Part shown: piece after piece, positions 40,888-49,419 of the stretch
Layout: each line of letters starts with the position of its first letter
Position numbering within the stretch: position 1 is the first letter of the stretch
NCBI GenBank assembly: GCA_030167865.1
Contig: JALAGF010005232.1
Location: 1-49,419, forward strand
Direction: 5' to 3'
DNA from: Craspedostauros australis
Lineage: Eukaryota
Length of the DNA: 49,419 bases
Notes under the pieces: model-generated
What the model was told of the DNA's origin: nothing
Databases searched by the model: none
What the model saw: only the letters and a program-made list of their open reading frames with translations
Position numbers and translations under genes: made by a program

Positions 40888-41970
40888 ATGTCGCCATTCA
40901 GCAGAATCGTGCTTGGCCTGCTGCTCGCAGCGTCCTCGCCGGCCTCCGCATTCAATGCTCTGTTGGACGTCAAGCACGGGTGCTTCCATCGCACCCATCT
41001 CATTCTTCCACCGCGCTTCGCGCCATCCCAGTCACTCGTGCCGTATGCGACTTCACCAACGACGACATGTCTCCATGCAATGGATGATGGCGATGCAAAT
41101 GAAGCGGCGCAGCACTATCAAGCACGCAACGAGCAGAAACTAGAGAAGGTCGTGCGCAAGTTCCTCCCATCCCGCCAACGACTTGCCAAAGTGTTAATCT
41201 GCACCGTGGCCTCATTGCTTCTCCTTTTCTTCATGTCACCAACCATGACTCCATCCAGCACAGTCGCCAACGCCAGGTTGGACGCATCGACACGATCGGC
41301 CGCGAAGGTGTCGCACTTCCTCACCAGCCGAGGCACGTTGGACATCGGCCGCGCCAAGATGAGACTGGAAGGGCTGCAGTCGTACGGCACCATCTGCGCC
41401 CTGCTCATGAACGCCTGCCTGCGGCTGAGCACCTCCATCAAGGAACCATCCGATGCGAAGCTCAACACGCGCCGCTCACGATTCCACCGAGCCATCTACG
41501 CCATCTTCACGCTTTGCGTCATTTCCAGCGTCATCTTCGGCAGCTACACGACCATCGTCTTCACCATGATCTCGCTGTACTCGAAGCAAGCCTTGGGACG
41601 CGGCCTCGATGAAGGGTTCTTGAACTTCTACGAGGCGACGCACGTGTTCCGCGACTCCGGCTTCCGTTCCTTCTTGTACTGCTTGATCGGATTCCAAGGC
41701 GCCTTCATTCTGGGCCTCATCCTGCAGCTCGATCCTGGCACCATCGAGTCTCTTGGCATGTTCAACAAGGATGGCGACAACGACAGCGACAGACGCAGCG
41801 ATGTCGTAATTACGGATGCCCGCAACAAACAGATGAAGTTGCTCCGGCGCATGAACATGCGGAGGGTGGCGATGGTCGGACTAGCGGCAACCGCCGCCTT
41901 TGTCTCATTCTGGCGCTGGTCCACGGTGATGCAGCTGGCGAACAGATTCATTTACTCCATCCAAGACTGA
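40888..41970 (+). CDS. Hypothetical plastid-targeted multipass membrane protein
   Basis: 360-aa ORF with leader MSPFSRIVLGLLLAASSPASA|FNA (ASAF motif) and 4-5 hydrophobic segments, including LEGLQSYGTICALL and YTTIVFTMISLYSKQALG. Confidence 0.78.
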   Translation: MSPFSRIVLGLLLAASSPASAFNALLDVKHGCFHRTHLILPPRFAPSQSLVPYATSPTTTCLHAMDDGDANEAAQHYQARNEQKLEKVVRKFLPSRQRLAKVLICTVASLLLLFFMSPTMTPSSTVANARLDASTRSAAKVSHFLTSRGTLDIGRAKMRLEGLQSYGTICALLMNACLRLSTSIKEPSDAKLNTRRSRFHRAIYAIFTLCVISSVIFGSYTTIVFTMISLYSKQALGRGLDEGFLNFYEATHVFRDSGFRSFLYCLIGFQGAFILGLILQLDPGTIESLGMFNKDGDNDSDRRSDVVITDARNKQMKLLRRMNMRRVAMVGLAATAAFVSFWRWSTVMQLANRFIYSIQD

Positions 41971-42053
41971 TGTGGCGACACAGACACGCTACTGCATTAC
42001 ATACCTACACAAGTACTCTCCTCTTGGATGCACGGAATAGCTTGGCCTGACAA

Positions 42054-42078
42054 TGCGATAGTGCGATAGTGCGATAGT
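42054..42078. repeat. 8-bp tandem repeat (TGCGATAG) x3
   Basis: tgcgatagtgcgatagtgcgatagt, downstream of the 41970 stop. Confidence 0.8.
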
Positions 42079-45000
42079 CTGAAACGGACTTGCGGGACCC
42101 CTGCACTCTACACTGCTCTATTCTACACTACACTAGACTCTTCTCGAGTCTGCATTTGTTTGGTCGTGCCTTCAGTGGGCTTTGTGAAGAATGCAGAATA
42201 TAGTAGTCCAGTTGAATGGTGAGTAGACTGATCGGCTGACTGGTGGACATGCAGACGAATGTTTGAGTTCTTCGTGTGATGTTAAGATTCGTTGGATGGG
42301 TGACGTCAAACCATCAAGTTGAATTCGGGTTGTTGCGGTGCTTGCCATTGTTCAACGAACATTCATGAGCGTCGCCATTCTCGTTCCTGCTTGTGCTCGG
42401 AGGGACGAAATGCCGGAAGCACGAAGCAAGGTGGATTAAGGAGAATGCTGTGTTTGGCGTTCTGTTCTTGTCCTACAACAGGTTCCGTGTGCTCCTCCTT
42501 CCATTTCGCGCCTCCACGACTGGTCGTGACATCTGGGGAGCGACCAACGCAACACGTGGGTGGATGAGAACATCGCCATGGACAAGATGCCTATCACTTA
42601 ACAGATCTACAGACCACAAGCCGGACAGATCGCCTTGGTGTGAGCTGTGGTACGGTTGTCGCTGATCGGGTGTTTTCGTTTATCGCTCGTGACTACTCGC
42701 TGTACAGTTCGAAATGAGAAGCGATAGTTCGCGTTAGCACCTCGGAAATGATATTCTGGAGAACAAGCCCAACAATCACGATCGTGACGGAACTTACGCC
42801 GAGTGACGAGAAAACTCGGGATCACAAAGTCGGCGCGACGGAGAATCTGCCAGCATTGCATGCGCTTCGCCTTTTTGAGATGTGGCTGCTCGCGGCAGTT
42901 CGTCGTTGTTGGCGCAGATCACAAGGAGAAGCTCGACGCGATGGCGCTCATGATCACTGGTCCACGTGACAACATGGTGTGCCACCTTCGTGGTGGCGTA
43001 CAAAAGCTACCTATGTGAAGCCGCGTCCCGAACACGATGGAGGGCGTACATATCCCAATTCATAATAGTACTATATTCGCTCAATGCGAGAGAGCGAGTG
43101 GACGTAGTCATCTGCGGCAATACATATACCTGTTGCCGCTTTGTTCATCAATACTCGTAGAAGTGTGGGGCATACCAATGAACCACTACATCTATACTTG
43201 CACCTGTCTCTCTCTCTCTCAGCCAGCTCCGCAGTTCACACATTGCTTGATGCCTTCACACACAGAGAGAGAGGGAGAGAGAGCGAAGATTGGAGCATCT
43301 AGATCGACTGTACGGATCCTTGGGCAACAAAGTATTTTGTAACAGAGTCGAGCGGGATGAAGACACAATTACCAGCTCTCTGTCCGCGAGTAGAGCGCCG
43401 CCATCAGAGCAGAAGCAACTGCATCACATACTTGTACCCGCGGAGCAACCCAACTTCCATGCGTGACGATGGATCCAAATTGTGGTTTGCTGCGCGCCTT
43501 GTGTTTGTGATCCAGGTGTCACACCGCGCACAGGACGCACGATATGCACTAAATGTACGACAGGCTGCTAATTGTTCCATGCTCCCGTTGTACATATAAT
43601 ATATATATCGGTGGAGTATTCTGAACAACTGCACAAGCCACAACAACGAACCTGCGTGCTTCCTTTTCTCATCCTTCTCGCCGGGCTGTTCGTCCTCCAT
43701 CAATACCATAGTTGTCAAGTTCGCTCGCGAACTCGTGCCCATACTCCGTTTGCATTTTCCCTGCGACGGGTGGCTATTGTGAGGTGCATCCCAAACACGA
43801 TTTTTGGAAATGATTCGTCCACGGGATCACAAACGCATGTGATATAGTAGCTTGGAGTAACAGAAATCCTTCTTGTGTGAATCTTCGCAGAATCCAGCGA
43901 GATGTCCACTCCACGAGTACTCGGCTTGCTTTCCTCCTCTCGTGTTCGTCGGTGCAACGACTCTTCACATTTCAGGTGCTCCACCCTGTTTGTATTGCTA
44001 TCTGACCATTTTGCGCAGCGCAAGTGTGATACCCTTGCGAGATGGTCGTTCAGGCGTGATACGTTGTGTCGATCTCATGGGGAGGCCCACGGCGTTCCCA
44101 TGATGTTGACCATCCTTCATAGGCATACTATTGTCGATAGTCGGCAGCCACCTCGGCGCTGCCTCGATTTTCGCTTGCGATAATCATCCCCGAATACATG
44201 TTCGTCCCCTTCGAACACGATGGTGTTTCGGTATTGCTCAACAGCAGCTTGGTGGCGCTGGCTGGCACGTGAATCATGGCAGTAGAGTATATATTACGCA
44301 TGCATAGTACCATGCCCTCCACACGAGCAAAGTGCTCTTTGCAGCAGAGATTTCTTCGCCTCTCCCTACTCCTATTTTAGTTCATGTTGAGAATCTCCGC
44401 TGTGGTTGGTTGCAAAGAAGAGGAAGAAGACGATGGACGCACCACTCGACAAATGACGACGAACAATCACTCGAACACAACAACTACCAAACTGTACAAA
44501 AGTAAGAGTACACGGAGGAACCTCAACTTGGACAATAAGGTACTATACCATTTTGGCGCGTTTGTGATGACACGAATATTGGCAATAATAACGCTATTTT
44601 CAACCGCTGTCATGTACAACATTTATCAGACATGCCAGCCGGGCCAACTTTCTTGACACTGTCTCAGCATGCATGTTCGTGGGATAACCGCAGCCGTTGA
44701 TCTCCAGTCCGTTTCTCACTTGCTCCTATTTCAAAATTTGGCTCGCTTGTTTCTTGGTCTTACGATGTGGATAGAAACGCCTGTGCGCGAGTGCGTGCCT
44801 GCCACACGACAGAACCAATGCGATGCGATGCGATACGAGTCGACGTCAGTCCGCATGGAGCCTTCCTGACGTCACACATGGACATTTCTCTCGCTTCTTC
44901 TGACATGGCTCAGTGAATGGCCGGCTCTGCGAGGGTTCGGAGACGAGTTTTAAAAGCTGTTTGGCCAAGTAATTACCTTTGTGTGTGCCTGACGCTTGTG

Positions 45001-46104
45001 AATATAGTACCTCGTACAGGTACTAAACACGTTGCTGTTGGAATAAAGCATCCATTCTATCGCAAGCGTACGACTACGTGCACTCGTGTACGAGGACACA
45101 CGTGGTTGCTCAGAGCATCTGTTTTGGGGTGCGCGCATCTTCGGTCGTGGTTCCAGATTCCCAACGGATCCGCACCGCCTCGATCCCTGCGCTATCGGAT
45201 GATGAATCACGCCATGCGCTGTCTGCCAGCATTGGATTCTTCGTGATTGGCGACGATGATATAATTATAGCAACAAGTATTATTCCGCCCTCCCAAACCT
45301 TCATCGCAGCGTTCGTCACAAGTGCGATTGGGCCCATTTTGCGGAGTATTCTGCTCTGCAGCGTCGTACTCCAGGTCGTAATCCAGCTATCCTTCCCTGC
45401 ACGAGCTACTTTTGCGTTCGTGTGTGGTGGCCGTTCTGAAGAATCCAACTTCCGCGTTTGCCACAGATCGGCTCTGCTGGACCTTTTTCGCAAACTTCGA
45501 CTTGGTGGAACGAGGGAGACTTTGGCACTTCTTCGGGCAATGGGTGAGTGACTCAACCCAGGGCCCAAACTGCCAAAAAAATAGCAGCAGCATCAGCATG
45601 GCTAGGAGAGGGAGAACGTCACGCAGTACATGTGCGTTCACGTACTACATAAGCGTAGGCACGCGTACGTACATGTATACGCGCAGAGTCGGGGCGGCAA
45701 CAAGGCAGATCAAGGGCTGGGCAGTTGTCGTAGCACAGAAGAACGCAAAGGAACCACACTCCCACACAACCAAAATCCGAGAGGAAGCAACAGGAACCAA
45801 CACACTAGAGACGAACCCTCCAGCGTGTACGTTGCACAGTTCCTGTGGCTTGCGTCAACGTGCTCACCCACGTACGCTGATGGAGTACTACCAGCACTCA
45901 CACAATCAAATGCACACATGCCAAAACGCAGAAATGCCCGGTTGTCCTGACACTCACATGCACCAAACGAGGACATCACAGAAGACGAGACCGAGCAACA
46001 TCCCCTTTCTCACAATTCTAAAACACAGCCAAACAAACTCCCCATCACCAATCCACACAATTCCATCACACAAGTTTTATATTCTACCTTGTCCATTATC
46101 CACC

Positions 46105-47109
46105 ATGTCATCAACAGTCACGACCACTTCCCCTGCCCACGTCGCGCTCCAGTGCCCACCATCCTCAGTCATGCAATCATCCCATGAAGAGCTGCAGAAA
46201 CAGCAGATGGAGCAACATCAGGAGGCCGATCTTTCGGTAAGCGACCTCAACGACCTTGGTGTGAGCAACCTCAAGTGCGGCAACATTGCCGCGGCCAAGG
46301 CCTGCCTTACCGAGGCCGTCGCCGTCATGAAGCAATCCGTGCGAACCACAGCAGCCGCAACCGCCCAGAACAGCAGCAGTAACAGCAGCAGCAACAGCAG
46401 CAACAAGATGAGGCGCCGACCATCCACATGCGCCTTGCAGGCCGCAACTGAGACTGCCATGATGGATGCCATGTCCATCACCAACCCTCTCTTCCCCAAC
46501 GACATCGGCTTCGTCCCAACCCAAGCCATCTCGATCGGAACCAACGACCGCTTCTTCGAGTCTCCCGTCGAGGACACACAGATGAGGACGTCGATCATCA
46601 TCTACAACCTCGCCCTCACGTTCCAAATGGAGGCAATGATGTACCACCACCCACAGAGCACAGCTGGACGCGAGCTCTTCACCAAGGCCCACAGTCTCTA
46701 CGTGAACGCCCACCGCCTGCTGGTCCCATTTCTCAACAAGCAGGCTGCCATGCAGCAGCAGCAACAACAACAGCCAGCCGACACAGAGGCGGCGCTTCTG
46801 GAATGCCTCACAGACATCCTGTACATGGGCATCCTGAACAACCTCGCCCAGACCTCCAAGTCCATGCTGCGATTCGAGGAAGCCTACCACCTCATGGACA
46901 CGCTCATCGTGCAATGCCACGCGGTTGGATCCCGGGGCTACTACACGCAGGAGGGTATCCTGAGCTGCCAGCAGGAGGAGTATGCGTACCAACAGGACAC
47001 CGCTGATGTTTCCGACAACGTCAAGGCCATCATGGATTCCTTCCGCAAGTCGGTTCTCCTCAACATCGCCACATCACAACTGCCAATGTCGTCGGCAGCG
47101 GCAGCCTGA
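46105..47109 (+). CDS. Hypothetical helical-repeat (TPR-like) protein of a diatom-type family
   Basis: ORF of about 334 aa from ATG 46105 (CACCATG context) with LNDLGVSNL...A...L..A, SIIIYNLAL...KAHSLY and ILNNLAQ, ending in SAAAA. Confidence 0.75.
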   Translation: MSSTVTTTSPAHVALQCPPSSVMQSSHEELQKQQMEQHQEADLSVSDLNDLGVSNLKCGNIAAAKACLTEAVAVMKQSVRTTAAATAQNSSSNSSSNSSNKMRRRPSTCALQAATETAMMDAMSITNPLFPNDIGFVPTQAISIGTNDRFFESPVEDTQMRTSIIIYNLALTFQMEAMMYHHPQSTAGRELFTKAHSLYVNAHRLLVPFLNKQAAMQQQQQQQPADTEAALLECLTDILYMGILNNLAQTSKSMLRFEEAYHLMDTLIVQCHAVGSRGYYTQEGILSCQQEEYAYQQDTADVSDNVKAIMDSFRKSVLLNIATSQLPMSSAAAA

Positions 47110-49419
47110 AATCGACTGCATCGCACAGACGGCATTGCCACCAACTTGCACAAATGTCCCATCAATTTTATTACTTTACTCGAACATCTGCAGCAGAAGC
47201 AGCATTTACGCATCTGCACATAGGAGTATATCACAACCACGCAAATGTTATAGCTATGTATTTTACCCACAAGTTCGCACAATCATTCACACGTTCATCC
47301 CTCCATCGGCAAAGAATGGTCTTCATCCGCAAAATGCCCGCATGTTGTTATTCATATAAAATATAACACAATGCCTATACAGTACCAATGTCATGGACTC
47401 TCTTCCAGTTTCCATCAGCAGCTCCATGGCTCAAGCGTGTCAGCAAACAGGCATCCAGGAGGGGACTTTCAATGGCCGACATTCATCATTACCCACATGC
47501 GTATACACAGGAGAACCGTGACAAGTATAATATCATGTAATACGACACAGCACAGCACAGCGCATCTGAGCACAGCGCATCACGACGTCATTTTCACGGT
47601 GTCCACAATGCCGTCGTGCGCGGCCATGGCATCAGATCATCTTCGTCCACGATGGACAAGGGTGCATACCGCAGCGCAATAGCGTGGAGCATTCACGACG
47701 CAAGACCAGGGGGAACAACACCATCGAATTCAGCCGCAAGTTGTTCCCCCCAGCACAGCACCAACAACTGGAGAAACACCGTGCGTCCACCCATACAATC
47801 ATAAAGGCAGACAAATCGAGCAACAGGCAGACATCTGCACTTGATAAAACGAACGAAGGGTGGCTCCCTCCACTGTCCCGGAAGATCCGATCTTTGCTGC
47901 TGCTGTGGCTGCACCTGTCGCTGCTGCTTCTCCTGCAATTCCAACCATCTCCTGCCGATGAGTCGTCGTAGAGTGCCTCCGTCGCTGTCCCTGCTGCGAG
48001 GAGCACTTCCACCCTTGCCGAAGATTGTCCATTGTCTCTTTTGGAATACGTGATCCCCACACCTCTGTCTCGACGTTCCCTCTGCAACAACTTCTCCCTG
48101 TTCGCAAAAAGCTCTCCTCATTTCTTGTCATTCGGGTGATTTGATGTGATGCATTGGTGGCTCGGGATGCTGTTCCACCCTCCCTCCGTCCCTTTGCATT
48201 TGTTGTTCTGCAGAACTGCGATGGGAGACGTTCGCAATGCAAAGATATCCGAAATGGTGTGGTGCCCACATCGTGAGGCAGTGGATGGCCATGTTCATGC
48301 GTGATGATACTCTCCACCTTCCGGCATTCGGTGATTCATGATGCTGTTGAAACCTCAGAAGAGGGATTCACGTCCTCGCCTGACCTGCATCTGCAACAAC
48401 CACAAAGGTCGAGCACGGCAGAAGATGCGGTCGTGAATGCCGATGACATTGGTGATGCCGTTGTTCCAGGACGAACTTCATCGAACTTGTGCGCGCAACC
48501 GCCCACGTACGCGCTATCGCTCTGCCTGCACACGAACCCCATGGGCGTCATGATGTATCACTTGCAACCTTCTGTCTCACTAGATCAATATTTGTACCTA
48601 ATCAAAGGCGTCAAGCGGAAGGCTCATAGGGAACACGTCTGGCGGACGAAAAAATTCTCCCGATGGAGACACCACTTTCGTCACTCAATAGCGAAAATTA
48701 TGCCTGCGCTTCACCGAATTCGCACCAGTTGATGTTCGCCAATTCGTCATATGCCACGCACGCAAACAACAGGAAAGAGGATATCCTTAATTTTGCACCA
48801 ACATTTTGTTCGTGATTGGAGCGGGCCGGATTTGATGTACCATCTCCTTTGTACAGAGGTCATCCAACGTGGTGCACGCAGTGTGTGAACTCGAAAATAC
48901 AACAGGAGATCAGAGGAGAGTGGAGTGGAGCAGACCAGAGCAGATCTACAACACAAGCTAGGGGGGCAGTGGAAAATCGTAAAAGGAGCTCTATCCAAAA
49001 CCGATTCGTAATTTCTATCAGAATTATTCATCTTTGTTCATCTTTATACTCTAATTCATCGTNNTTTTGNCATTTTTCTGTTTCGGGATTGCTTTCTACA
49101 GCTTTTGTTTTGCTTTGTGTCTGACAGTCGCTGTCTGCGCCTTCCGTGTGGTTCTGGCCCTCGCAGGTTTGCAGACTCTGTCGTTGTCTTCGCCATTCTT
49201 CCAGAAGACTTTTGTGCCGTCCGTCAGGCTGCGCTGGTTTGTGGTGGCGTTCATTTTTTGTCCATCTTTCCTGTCGGTTGGCTGGGTCTACGCCTTCAGG
49301 CAGACAAAATCAATGCCGTCGACTTGCAATCGGTGGCCGCATTTCGGGTTTGATGATGGCAAGCCAAATCGATCTTCGCTTTGATCGCGTCCCATCGTCA
49401 TCTCTCTCTTCTTCTGTGT

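Noticed and set aside
45412..46104. 231-aa N-terminal extension of the 46105 gene in the ORF track
   Set aside because: It has a non-ATG start and CA-rich, UTR-like composition. ATG 46105 has a better context.
47600..49419. Short ORFs and possible retroelement remnant near the right end
   Set aside because: No RT, integrase or transposase motifs are recognisable, and ambiguous bases near 49063-49070 indicate low sequence quality.

Overview
Eukaryotic nuclear DNA, most likely from a pennate diatom. The evidence is bipartite signal + ASAF plastid-targeting leaders, three DUF6824-type domains, a secreted multi-SET protein and GT-AG introns. I find about 14 protein-coding genes and one tRNA-Ser(UGA). 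The genes are: two tandem rolling stone/FAR-17a-like membrane proteins flanking the tRNA; a CABLES-like cyclin-fold protein; a divergent pair of DUF6824 genes (one spliced); a linker histone H15-DDT-WHIM/WSD-PWWP chromatin protein; a polyQ TKL-type kinase with large inserts; a CRAL-TRIO + DUF6824 protein; a 4-exon P5CS; a signal-peptide protein with four SET-like domains in two tandem units; two predicted plastid proteins; and two hypothetical proteins. The left end has a 40-bp (2x20) tandem array beside an assembly gap. No CRISPR, rRNA or intact transposon was seen. The most notable items are the four-SET secretory protein, the H1-DDT-PWWP fusion and the CRAL-TRIO-DUF6824 fusion. All domain calls come from motif recognition by eye; no searches were run.
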